DNA of 64,000 nucleotides from an uncultured Gammaproteobacteria bacterium (GTDB lineage Bacteria; Patescibacteriota; Patescibacteriia; UBA9934): NCBI GenBank assembly GCA_964613815.1, contig CAZTKG010000002.1, positions 23,737 to 87,736 of the forward strand, read 5' to 3'. Shown piece by piece: positions 38,601 to 46,161 of this stretch (position 1 is its first letter; each line of letters starts with the position of its first letter). The notes under the pieces were generated by a model. It saw only the letters and a program-made list of their open reading frames with translations, ran no database searches and was not told where the DNA came from. The position numbers and the translations under genes were made by a program.

Positions 38601-41600
38601 GTGGATGGGTTTGAGGCAATTGCGGACGGAAGGACAGCGTATGTTGCAGCTCCAAACGTTACCGATAGCGGGGATGTGTATGCCAATATTTATGTGATTG
38701 CTTATAATGAAGGAGCGGGGGATGATACTGTCGCGATTTATAATTTAATCCTGGAGAATTTCTCATTTTTGACGAATCTTGACGATGTAGGACTTTGTTA
38801 TGTGAGTGGGGAGTATACAGATACGGAGTGTGAGAGTGATTTGGATTGTAGTTTTACTGCTGGAGAGGTTTGTGGGGATGATGTTGGAAAACTGACGCGA
38901 GACATGAAGAGGCTTCTTGATGTTGTGTCGGTTTCTGAGGCGATTGATACCTATGGAGAGAGTTACGGGTTCTGTAGTGAGACGACTTCTCAGACATGTG
39001 TTATTGATGATGATTGTCTTGGTGACGAAACGTGTGAGGCTGGTGTTCCTCAGCTTGAGGCTGGAACGTTTGTTCGGTCGATGAGTGTGAGTTCTTGGGA
39101 TTCTTGGTCCGCGTCTTTGCAGGGATCTTTGGGTGTGTTGCCTGTGGATCCACTCAATGCGTATACGCGATGTGGAGAGGGTGATTTTGCCGATTTTGAT
39201 GCGGCGACATGTGTTGATTTGACGAATGGTCGATATACGTGTCCTGTTGGGTCTCATGTGTATCATTATCGCGCTGTGGGAGATGATGGGTACCAGCTTG
39301 CTGCGGAGCTTGAGTATGATGGCGCGGATTGGGTAAATCCGATTGATTTTGATACTTCTGATGATGCGGATTTGATTTTGGGTGGAAATTCAAGCGCGAG
39401 TCCAGATGGATTTAATGGTGGACCAGCGTACTGTGCTTGTGCAGATCCGACGGGGGTTTCTTGTCCGATTTATGGAGATTCTGATATTTGTGGAGATGGT
39501 ATTGTTGGAAATGATGAGGCTTGTGAAATTGGCCAGGAGGGATCTGTTGCGTCTTGCACGACCGATGATGGTGAAGGTGGAAGTATTGCGCAGATTTGCA
39601 ATGATGATTGTGATGGATTTATTGATAATGATGGGGCGAGTTGTGAAGCTTATGAGTGTGGAAATGGGGTGATTGAGGCTGCTGAGGAGTGCGATGATGG
39701 TTCGTATAATGGTGAATATGGTTATTGTGGAAATGATTGCTCGTATTCCACGGCGTTTTATTGTGGAGATGGGTCGCTTGCGGGCGGAGAGGTTTGTGAT
39801 TGTGGGGCTTCTATGGCGAGTGGGCGCACGTATTCTGGTGGGACATGTGGAGATGTGAACGGAAGTTATGATTATAATCCTGCGAATACGTGTGCTTGGG
39901 ATTGTTCTGGGCCAGCTTCGTATTGTGGCGATGGAGTGGTTGACGCTGTTGAAGAATGCGATGGTGATACGGAGTCTTATGCAGGAGCGCTTTGTGATGG
40001 AGGTAGGAACGATGGCGAGACGTGTGATACGGATGATGAATGTATTGGTACAGGTGCGACTTGTGGTGGGGCAGGTTGGGCGAATGTTTGTGAGATAGCT
40101 CGCGTTTGTTTGGATGGAGATGCTCATGAGATTGGGTATTCGTGTGAGTCCGATACGGATTGTGGAACGAATGGGCTTTGTAGTGATTATGATCTTCAAT
40201 TAGAGCGCATTCGGTCTTGTAATGATGACGGCGCGGGAGGTACTGATACGTGTACATGGGCATCTGAATGGAGGGGTCTTGATTGTATGGCTCCTGGAAC
40301 TTGTGGAGATGGAACGATTGATGAAGGCGAGGAGTGTGATGATGGAAATGAGGATTCTACGGATGGGTGCACGATTGAATGTACGGTAAACGTTTGTGGG
40401 GATCGGTATATTTATGCGGATGAGGAGTATTGTGATGATGGATCTGGGAATGGAGAGGTTTGCAGCGCGCAGTATGAATCGACGTGTAATTATTGTTCTG
40501 ATTCTTGCAATGTGATTACGAATAGCGGTCTGTTTTGCGGGGATGGAGAGATAAATGGGGATGAGTTTTGTGATGGTGGTGATTTGCCTTATTACTTCGT
40601 GTTTGAGCCTGCGCTTTTTTATACGCAGGATGGATTGGATGAGATTGGAATTGATGCAGATGTGAACGCTGTTTATATTGGCGAAGGGGAGGATGGGTCT
40701 TATTTGACATGTGATGCTTCTGATGTTGGAAGTGTTTCAACTGAGGCGGGATCATCTCACAGCAGCTATCTTTGTACGCAGGTCGGGACATGTAACGGGG
40801 GTGATGACAATGGAGAGTATTGTACTGCGAATTCGTCTTGCAATTGTGTGTTTCCGACATGTTTAGATTCTTGCAATGCGAGCTGTCCGTTTAATACGCA
40901 GTCGACGACGATTTTGATGTCTACGGCCGGGGAGGAGTCGGGTGAGTCGAGTGTGAATTTGCTTTCGTTTGATAGTGACGAGGCGAGTGTGTTTGCTGAT
41001 TATTCTGGGATCATGCATGTACCTGCCTGCGGTGTAGCTGAATCTCTTTCTGCAGATGTATCTTTTGCAGGTTGGGATTCTACGGAGGCGTACGTGGTGT
41101 TTGTGACAGATGTTTCTTCAACTGGATTGGCTGATGCGAGTCATGGAGCGTCTGGAGGAATGTGGTCACAATTTGCACGCAAGCTGACAGGTTTATTTAC
41201 TCCTTTTGCTCATGCAAGTTCGACGACTTTGAAAGAAGGTCTTAAAAACGGGATTCAAGAATTGTTTGATGTGATGGGTTCACAGTTGCATGTAGGGTTG
41301 GTTTCGTATGTCGGTGGAAACAATGGTGGAACAGCTTCAAATGATCAGATTGTGATTGGTCAGCATTCTTTTGCTGGGGAGGATGGGGTGAATAGTTTGA
41401 TTTCGCGGATTGATAGTTGGAGTGGGGACGATGTTGGTGTTCCGACATTTGAAGGGCTTGAAGCGGCTTATGAGATGTTTGATGGAATTGATGGCGATGC
41501 ACGTAAGGTGATTGTGTTGATTGGGCGTAGTGAGCCGACGACGGAAAGTAATCCGGAGTATTATGCTTGTAAGGCTAAGGCTGAAGGGATTGAGCTTTAT

Positions 41601-42620
41601 ACGTTGTATGTAGGGGATCCTATTCAGACGGGTGTGACTTCTACGGATGTTGAATGTGAAGCCTATCAAGATGCGACGGGGGATTATCATGAGACGTATG
41701 AAGAGGCTGCTGAGGCTATTGAAGCTGCGCTTGCGGTGGATGTGGATCATTTTTATGAGACTTGTCCGAATGTGGAGGATTTTGAGGATTTGTGTTGGAC
41801 GACTTCGCAGGATGTTGATGGAGGTTGTGGAGATGGAACGATTGGAACGTTTAAAAGGGGTTATGATCTTTATTGTACGGAAGAGGATTTGGAATCGGCG
41901 CTTGCAGGAACGTACGGCAGAACGAGTGAGATTGATGCGGTTTGTGATTCGTATGACGAATTGCTTAGATATGAATATGAGGATTACTGCTATTGTCCAT
42001 GTGAGCCTTTGGATATTGTCGGGTGTCGAGAGGACCAAATGTGCGCTATTGATCCGTGCGATGATCCATATGCTGAGGACACGTCGCATTGTGAATTGAC
42101 TTCTGAAGATACTGAAGAGGGCGCTTCAACGGTTGAATGGCGAGGAGTTTATGAGGATGGGGGTGTGTTTTCTGATTATGTTCATCGGATTGTTGGATTG
42201 TTGATGCCTTCTTGGATTCATTGGCCGTTTGATGATGTGTTGACGGCGTTTGCCTGGAGTTGTGATGAGGGTGCTGATGCGATTTCCGCTGGAGGATATA
42301 ATTTATTACTGGAATGTTGGTCTAGTGGAAATCCAAATGATGCTGGAGCTGATTATGCATTTGATGCAAACGATGAGGAAGAGATGGAAGAGGTGTTTTC
42401 TCATATTGTTGAATCTGTTACGGGGCTTACGCTTATGTATGTGATAGATGGAGAAGAGGTTGCAGGGACGATTCAGCAGGGGAACAATGTTGCTTTGCCG
42501 TGGATGGATGGGTTTGCTTGTAGTGATGAAGAGCAAGAGATCCCGTTTCGGATTTCGTTTGGAGGAGAGGGCACTATTGGAATTAGTGATGTGACGATTG
42601 GTTATTGTCCGTTAAATTAG
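32634..42620 (+). CDS. giant (3328 aa) extracellular adhesin-like protein: pilin-like N-terminal module + IPT/TIG-like repeats + myxococcal-type Cys-rich repeats + VWA-like domain
   Basis: Signal peptide (AFA|QDLDAV) and the same N-terminal module as the upstream gene (YAGFLWMTAGGNTEQITKAKKW). At least 5 IPT/TIG-like units (ISSISPEDGAVGTLVTINGENFG...). About 15 CGDGxxxxxEECDDGNxxxGDGCSxxC repeats. VWA-like DxSxS..G..T..KVIVLIG region near the C-terminus. Confidence 0.9.
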   Translation: MRFKEWLQFGFRWLPMVAVFGFLLCGEVAFAQDLDAVATESGLGQADLYATLARIVNVFLGFLGIILVCIVVYAGFLWMTAGGNTEQITKAKKWVINASVGLLIILSSWGITTFILNKLMGAAGYTSDGSGDDGGGGSGGGIPGGDVATFRVNDFSPEGEVSIRNIEVTITFNDKLDPDSIDGNVVVTDLDSGDTVDGTLEVSANKVTFTPLATCDEPNEDYNCFDEFTNYSVAVSTSVLDDDGTSLSCSIYPCTAEFTSGDVVDTDGPEVEFVYPESGERIEPYTSVFEQVYAEDDYALSGAEFAIDDETDVLEAVSVDDNASSAYIETYWDTTDYDTESYYRLYATVTDLAGNENTDSVRVYIDPAHCYNDVMDEDEEDVDCGGSCGACDGDECSEDGDCASGSCVDNVCVAEPMISSISPEDGAVGTLVTINGENFGSRTGTVYFEDGDGALLEAGTSAICGDSWDDDEIVIEVPEGAADGAITVVATNGYDDATNDDRGPVIDDFEVNSVERPGICRIYPDDGESGDEATVYGVNFTSEADMSVYFGTDEVRTFGDWDSDSVVVTVPSLEDGDYDVMVDVDGVESNTVEYVVEASVEDGPILSGLSPSNGGIGQYVTLQGSDFGSTQGLVWIVSQSTGNAAYASVAFPDECGVDFWSDDEVIVKIPSEYTNGQAIEYTTHDVYVDAAYLDEDSNALDFTITTSDPSPGLCALSPDEGDVAADSGLQVTLYGENFGSDVGSVRFYNEVEAAVDSWSEGEVVVTAPSSALTGPVTLYSADDDESNTVNFEVGEGDSDDEEEATEGGYAWYFSTGDIPDSPSVLVECTDTSVSGVPNSRFLSDEGACLNADVFVRFASSVYESTVQDGEGILVEECSDSSCDDVVATVPGSVTLAWGRALTWSVDGGYESGLFKADTSYQVTILSTVVSTDGVELGSDVSWKFSTGAADMDCAIEKIYVTPETADADSYGQDQEFLSSAGTFDCQVLSSDSFDWDWQIDESYASISAGGCDTMSGQECALATALAEGEADVLVTESDSGLSEGALYRIDFSDPAVSDWWPSCDEACTNADVGASFDTSINMDSSRGMTAEDAGAFMVYACDNELCSSYSDLFASSATCTDYADDGGCVELSANFLDRMDSATFYRATISGNLISTSGVAIIGTNYGDDFSWTFGVRDDASECSVDSIDLSPGDSKHTYIGSREVFSVNAYGPRDGCSTTGQKLVSSDYDWDWDDPIENDADVSEWVKVNSSLIDADADGPVEGCTSSCLPQGTSTYDAICGDGVIGVAEDCDDGNASDGDGCSSICLREGGDVVGTCGDGSLDRVAADGVYDQGGGEDCDDGGNSDGDGCSSACLNEGSSGTTQCGNDDIAYDWQIGGEECEDADGNASGGDGCSANCLNEGSVAITDVYGECGDGVLDTPYESCDDGNTSDGDGCGSTCVREGGDVVGICGDGNVDRIADDGTYAQGGGEDCDDDEGCSDDCLWLGSSYNYDDVSVCGDGVTGAGEYDMCESGVLGDLSVDSLQVAEISDLAPTQVDSATNISTSTVRVELDAYGLWDETEMILYCGAETGADCEDTTYGVGESGCCSARPTVSLYPSGSAVCTNTAFSATFSEKIDVDTLEDHVFVRLDISSASDGACPSSHDVYGDSASDGSVATGWDRFWAFLMPWTNAASDGDCLMEVTGFDQTAVSDTEYKVSITTASILEAEADYELVVVGDSDVLDGDKEGVLSALGVSIDGTASGTGEIAQAFTTGEGICLFDMAVAEDTDEDSPGYYRTQKESHGFLATAYSVDGGVQQEIQSMTGVYEWSWSDWTVDDEDVFEIASTDDEADVSALDEDGEANVVASAVITVDATDVDEVGRVVSGTEDVTAVLCNNIWPVIDDFPFVDDSTSAISGVSEGYGWMNFSTYYCRDAGSSDSRDDDLPELEVLVTPSVESETVMKEYFFQVQDGSGDAIGVRIASNEEYLTPLAWYEDRGFSGSPSELQVDGFEAIADGRTAYVAAPNVTDSGDVYANIYVIAYNEGAGDDTVAIYNLILENFSFLTNLDDVGLCYVSGEYTDTECESDLDCSFTAGEVCGDDVGKLTRDMKRLLDVVSVSEAIDTYGESYGFCSETTSQTCVIDDDCLGDETCEAGVPQLEAGTFVRSMSVSSWDSWSASLQGSLGVLPVDPLNAYTRCGEGDFADFDAATCVDLTNGRYTCPVGSHVYHYRAVGDDGYQLAAELEYDGADWVNPIDFDTSDDADLILGGNSSASPDGFNGGPAYCACADPTGVSCPIYGDSDICGDGIVGNDEACEIGQEGSVASCTTDDGEGGSIAQICNDDCDGFIDNDGASCEAYECGNGVIEAAEECDDGSYNGEYGYCGNDCSYSTAFYCGDGSLAGGEVCDCGASMASGRTYSGGTCGDVNGSYDYNPANTCAWDCSGPASYCGDGVVDAVEECDGDTESYAGALCDGGRNDGETCDTDDECIGTGATCGGAGWANVCEIARVCLDGDAHEIGYSCESDTDCGTNGLCSDYDLQLERIRSCNDDGAGGTDTCTWASEWRGLDCMAPGTCGDGTIDEGEECDDGNEDSTDGCTIECTVNVCGDRYIYADEEYCDDGSGNGEVCSAQYESTCNYCSDSCNVITNSGLFCGDGEINGDEFCDGGDLPYYFVFEPALFYTQDGLDEIGIDADVNAVYIGEGEDGSYLTCDASDVGSVSTEAGSSHSSYLCTQVGTCNGGDDNGEYCTANSSCNCVFPTCLDSCNASCPFNTQSTTILMSTAGEESGESSVNLLSFDSDEASVFADYSGIMHVPACGVAESLSADVSFAGWDSTEAYVVFVTDVSSTGLADASHGASGGMWSQFARKLTGLFTPFAHASSTTLKEGLKNGIQELFDVMGSQLHVGLVSYVGGNNGGTASNDQIVIGQHSFAGEDGVNSLISRIDSWSGDDVGVPTFEGLEAAYEMFDGIDGDARKVIVLIGRSEPTTESNPEYYACKAKAEGIELYTLYVGDPIQTGVTSTDVECEAYQDATGDYHETYEEAAEAIEAALAVDVDHFYETCPNVEDFEDLCWTTSQDVDGGCGDGTIGTFKRGYDLYCTEEDLESALAGTYGRTSEIDAVCDSYDELLRYEYEDYCYCPCEPLDIVGCREDQMCAIDPCDDPYAEDTSHCELTSEDTEEGASTVEWRGVYEDGGVFSDYVHRIVGLLMPSWIHWPFDDVLTAFAWSCDEGADAISAGGYNLLLECWSSGNPNDAGADYAFDANDEEEMEEVFSHIVESVTGLTLMYVIDGEEVAGTIQQGNNVALPWMDGFACSDEEQEIPFRISFGGEGTIGISDVTIGYCPLN
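33885..35010 (+). repeat. tandem IPT/TIG-like (Ig-fold) domain repeats within the giant gene
   Basis: Recurring P.I.S.SP..G..G..VT..G.NFG..G.V.F units (5 or more). Confidence 0.6.
36471..37180 (+). repeat. Cys-rich repeat block 1 (myxococcus cysteine-rich repeat-like, CGDGxx..EDCDDGN..DGDGCSxxC)
   Basis: Six consecutive ~35-40 aa repeats with conserved Cys spacing. Confidence 0.75.
39485..40585 (+). repeat. Cys-rich repeat block 2 (same repeat type, more degenerate)
   Basis: CGDGIVGNDEACE..., ECGNGVIEAAEECDDGSYNGEYGYCGNDC..., CGDGTIDEGEECDDGNEDSTDGCTIEC..., and related units. Confidence 0.7.
41060..41620 (+). other. von Willebrand factor type A-like domain within the giant protein
   Basis: VVFVTDVSSTG (MIDAS-like DxSxS), ...HVGLVSYVGG..., ...KVIVLIGRSEP..., YTLYVGD. 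Confidence 0.5.
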
Positions 42621-42624
42621 TGTT

Positions 42625-43506
42625 ATGCCGGAATTTTCTCAGGAGGATTTTTATGACGTGGATACCTCTTCCGAAGAGGTGTCCGAGGTCGGTGGTCGAC
42701 GGAATGTCTTGCTTATTGGAGGAGGGGTGTTGGGTGTAGTTGTTCTTTTATTTGGGGTGTTTTTGACGCGGTCTTTTTTGGAGCAGCGAGGTGCGTCAGA
42801 TTTGATGCATGTACTTGAGAATGCTGAGGATGCGATTGATCAGGTTTCAAACGGATGTGTTGATGATGCATGTGAGCAGTCTGCGCGCGTTGAGGTTGCT
42901 CGAGCGTATGCTGAGGCGGCGGTTTGCGAGGGGCTCAATGAGTCGTTTTTTGTGAGTTGTGTAAGTTTGGTTGCATATGATTTGATGGATGAAAAGATTT
43001 GTAAGGCTCTGGATGGGGATGATCGAAGGGCTTGTGAGGATGCCGTTTTGTTGATTTTGGCTTTGGATGAAGTAGATTTGAACGTTTGTGATGATATTTT
43101 TGATGAAGAGATCCGTGAATCGTGTGAAAGTCAGGTTATTGGTACGGCTGCCATTGATGGTCAGTGTGAAGCGCTTGGTATTCGTGATGAACGCTGTTTA
43201 ACGGAGGAGCGCGTTCGAGATGTGATTTCTCGGAATGATGTTGCGGGTTGTTATGGATTTGGGACGGAAGACGAAGTGTATTGTTTGTTGATGCTTGATT
43301 TGGCTGATGATGATGGGGATGGCTTGTCTGTTGTTGATGAATATCATCTTGGAACAAGTGATTTGATGGCAGATACTGATGAAGATGGATTGACGGATTT
43401 TGAAGAAGAGGTGATGCATGGGACGGATCCTCTTGATCCAGATATGGATGGAGATGGATTTTTGGATGGGGATGAGGTTCGTGGGGGTTATGATGTCCTT
43501 TCGTAA
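42625..43506 (+). CDS. bitopic membrane protein with C-terminal thrombospondin-type-3-like Ca-binding repeats (paralog 1)
   Basis: One TM (LLIGGGVLGVVVLLFGVFL). A Cys-containing ectodomain, then DTDEDGLTDFEEEVMHGTDPLDPDMDGDGFLDGDEVRGGYD. Confidence 0.8.
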   Translation: MPEFSQEDFYDVDTSSEEVSEVGGRRNVLLIGGGVLGVVVLLFGVFLTRSFLEQRGASDLMHVLENAEDAIDQVSNGCVDDACEQSARVEVARAYAEAAVCEGLNESFFVSCVSLVAYDLMDEKICKALDGDDRRACEDAVLLILALDEVDLNVCDDIFDEEIRESCESQVIGTAAIDGQCEALGIRDERCLTEERVRDVISRNDVAGCYGFGTEDEVYCLLMLDLADDDGDGLSVVDEYHLGTSDLMADTDEDGLTDFEEEVMHGTDPLDPDMDGDGFLDGDEVRGGYDVLS

Positions 43507-43541
43507 AATGGTATTCTTAAGGTGAGAATTTATATTGCACT

Positions 43542-44294
43542 ATGTTTGATGATGATAAACCAAAGAAGGCTACTCAGGCCGCGGAGCCAGAAGATATTTT
43601 TGCGGATGTTGATCCAACTGAAGGGAAGGCTGCTCCATCGCCTAAGGCGCCTTCACCTGTCGTTGTTCCTGCTTCAGATTCGGTTCCATCGCCGGCACCT
43701 GCTCTTGCTGAAAAGGGAGGCGATTCTCAGATTCCAGCTAATCTTCCGGGCGTTGGTTCTGGAGTTCCTGTTTCAAAGCCGGTTTCGGCATCAGCTCCAT
43801 CGCCTGCCCCAGTCAAAACGTTACCTGGTTCTCCAGTGAAGAAGTCGTCTGGAGGTAAGAAGGTTTTTAAAGTTATTGGTATTGTTATTGTTGCTATTTT
43901 GATTATTATTTTTGCAGCAATTTTGGCTTTTTCTTTGATGGTTCAGCCTACAGAGATAGATATTCTTGATGATATTGAGGTGGTCGATGAGGATTTAGAT
44001 ATGGATGATGAAGGTTTTGAACTAGTGGATGATGAGGGGGCGGAATCGGATTTGCAAGAGGTGGATTCTGACGGGGATGGTCTTACGGATGGTGAAGAAA
44101 TGGAGGCTGGTACAGATCCAAATATGGCAGATACGGATCAGGATGGACTTGGGGATCGAGAAGAGGTGCAGGTTTATGACACTGATCCGCTTGATACGGA
44201 TACGGATAATGATACGTATTCCGATGGAGATGAGGTTGATTCCGGGTATAATCCAAATGGTGAAGGGAAGTTGTTTGAACTTCCTTCTAATTAA
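43542..44294 (+). CDS. bitopic membrane protein with TSP3-like Ca-binding repeats (paralog 2); Pro/Ala/Ser-rich cytoplasmic N-terminus
   Basis: TM (VIGIVIVAILIIIFAAILAF), then DSDGDGLTDGEEMEAGTDPNMADTDQDGLGDREEVQVYDTDPLDTDTDNDTYSDGDEVDSGYNP. Confidence 0.8.
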   Translation: MFDDDKPKKATQAAEPEDIFADVDPTEGKAAPSPKAPSPVVVPASDSVPSPAPALAEKGGDSQIPANLPGVGSGVPVSKPVSASAPSPAPVKTLPGSPVKKSSGGKKVFKVIGIVIVAILIIIFAAILAFSLMVQPTEIDILDDIEVVDEDLDMDDEGFELVDDEGAESDLQEVDSDGDGLTDGEEMEAGTDPNMADTDQDGLGDREEVQVYDTDPLDTDTDNDTYSDGDEVDSGYNPNGEGKLFELPSN

Positions 44295-44299
44295 GGATC

Positions 44300-45334
44300 A
44301 TGAGAAAAAAGGAGAAAAAGGCTGCTTCTTCTGGTGTTTCTAACAAAGATTTGTTGGCTAATTTTGATATTCATGTCATGCCAAAGGATTTTGTTGGGAA
44401 GAAGGTTAAAGCGATTGCAAAGAGCGTGGAGCCTGTGAAGAAGGTTCCTGTGAAAAAACAGGGTGTTGCGAAGATACCTCCAAAGGTCTCGAAGGCTCCG
44501 GGTGTTTCTGGAGGCAAGAAGAGAGTGAGGGTTTGGGTGTTTGTTGGGCTGGGGGTCGCTGTTTTAGTGGTCGGGTTTGGTCTTTTCGGGTTTTTGATGA
44601 TGGACGATGACGCGCCGGTGATGGTTGTTGAGGCTCCAGAAGAAGTTGATATTGATGGAGATGGTGTTTTGAATGCAGATGATAATTGTTTGTATGATGC
44701 GAATGCGAGTCAAAGTGATCGTGATCATGATGGCTTGGGGGATGTTTGCGATGACGTTGATGATTCTTTGCCGACGGAACCGACTCCTGGCGTAGATTCT
44801 GATAGTGATGGATTGACGGATGTTGAGGAGGGGGTTTACGGTACAGATGCGCGGGATTCTGATAGTGACGGGGATTCGTTTTTGGATGGGAATGAGGTTT
44901 TTCATGGATATGATCCCGCCAGTGATGCGCCAAGCACGCTTGTTGGGGTTGAAGTAACTAAGGTTTTTTCTGCTGACGATCATGGTTTCACTGTTGAGCA
45001 TTTGATGGCGTGGCGTGTGGATGATGGTGATGAGGGAGAGAGTGATGATCGTGTATATACCTTTCGAGCAACGACTGGGGGGGAGTTTACTGTTCGTGTT
45101 TTGACAAATGTTGACGGGATGAGTTTAGCTGAATATGTTCAAAGTGATGGACTAAGTTCATTTACTTCACTTTTGGGCACAGAGGGATACATTGATCAAA
45201 ATGAGCGGTTTGTTGTTTTTGCAGGGCCAGGGAAATTTGTGGAGCTTCGATATGATGCAGAGGATTTTGATACGATTGAATATCTGCAAACATTTAAATT
45301 ATTTGTGAATAGTGTTGTTATCGATCCTGTGTGA
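44300..45334 (+). CDS. bitopic membrane protein with canonical TSP3 repeat (DxDGDGVLNADDNCxxDxNxxQxDxDxDGxGDVCD) (paralog 3); Lys-rich cytoplasmic N-terminus
   Basis: TM (VWVFVGLGVAVLVVGFGLFGFLMM). DIDGDGVLNADDNCLYDANASQSDRDHDGLGDVCDD plus DSDSDGLTDVEEGVYGTDARDSDSDGDSFLDGNEVFHGYDP, then a C-terminal beta-rich domain. Confidence 0.8.
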   Translation: MRKKEKKAASSGVSNKDLLANFDIHVMPKDFVGKKVKAIAKSVEPVKKVPVKKQGVAKIPPKVSKAPGVSGGKKRVRVWVFVGLGVAVLVVGFGLFGFLMMDDDAPVMVVEAPEEVDIDGDGVLNADDNCLYDANASQSDRDHDGLGDVCDDVDDSLPTEPTPGVDSDSDGLTDVEEGVYGTDARDSDSDGDSFLDGNEVFHGYDPASDAPSTLVGVEVTKVFSADDHGFTVEHLMAWRVDDGDEGESDDRVYTFRATTGGEFTVRVLTNVDGMSLAEYVQSDGLSSFTSLLGTEGYIDQNERFVVFAGPGKFVELRYDAEDFDTIEYLQTFKLFVNSVVIDPV

Positions 45335-45768
45335 TCACGTTAGCTTTTGAACAAGATTTGGTTCCGGAGGGTGAGCGTCTTTCGGAGGCGTTTGTTGATG
45401 TTGTGGCTTCTGAGCTTGGAAAGGTGGACACGGCGTGTCCTGACGGTGTTATTAATGTGAAATTTATTTTGGAGGACGAGATGCGTAGATTGAACGCGGA
45501 TTATCGAGAGAAGAATTCTGTGACAGATGTGCTTTCGTTTGCGTATTGGTCCGATGGGTTAGGTGATGGTGAGGATCTTGGTGATGTTGTTATTTGTTAC
45601 GATCAGGCTGTGCGTCAGGCGGGAGGTTGTGTTCGGCGGGAGATTTTAATGCTTGTTGTTCATGGGATCTTGCATGTGTTCGGGCATGATCATGAGGTTG
45701 AGGAGGAGGCTGAGGTCATGTTTGGGATTCAGGACTCTCTTGTAGAAAAATTGTATGCAATCAATTAG
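45331..45768 (+). CDS. ybeY: rRNA maturation endoribonuclease YbeY
   Basis: Zn-binding HGILHVFGHDH motif. GTG start overlaps the upstream stop. Confidence 0.85.
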   Translation: MITLAFEQDLVPEGERLSEAFVDVVASELGKVDTACPDGVINVKFILEDEMRRLNADYREKNSVTDVLSFAYWSDGLGDGEDLGDVVICYDQAVRQAGGCVRREILMLVVHGILHVFGHDHEVEEEAEVMFGIQDSLVEKLYAIN

Positions 45769-46117
45769 ACGTTTTTTTCGGAGTTTTGTTTATGCGTTTC
45801 GCGGGCTTCGAAATGTGGCGAGATATGAGAGAAGTTTTCGGTTGCAGCTTGTTGCTGGTGCTGTTGTGATTTTGTCTGCGATGTTTTTAGATTTTGGGAT
45901 GTGGGAACGGATGTTGTTGATTTTAATGGTCTCGGGCGTGCTCGTGCTTGAGGTGATTAATAGTATCTTTGAACGTATTAGTGATGCGTTTAAGCCTCGT
46001 CTTAGTCCTGTTGTGAAGGAGGTGAAAGATATGATGGCTGGGGCAGTGTTGATTTCTTCGATCACGGCTACGGTCATCGGAGTGATGATTTTTTGGGCAT
46101 ATTTTGAACGGCTTTAA
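45755..46117 (+). CDS. dgkA: diacylglycerol kinase / undecaprenol kinase (DgkA family)
   Basis: Three TM helices and conserved NSIFERISDAF / DMMAGAVL regions of prokaryotic DAGK. Confidence 0.8.
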   Translation: MQSIRRFFRSFVYAFRGLRNVARYERSFRLQLVAGAVVILSAMFLDFGMWERMLLILMVSGVLVLEVINSIFERISDAFKPRLSPVVKEVKDMMAGAVLISSITATVIGVMIFWAYFERL

Positions 46118-46161
46118 TAAATGGGGGCTTTTGATGTATACTTTATTTATCCATCATCTGT

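Noticed and set aside
44029-44343. Track ORFs overlapping the TSP3-protein genes in other frames (e.g. 43522-43839, 44029-44343)
   Set aside because: They are Arg/Leu/Ile-rich frame-shifted translations of the acidic repeat-coding region. The in-frame genes have clear TM and repeat architecture.
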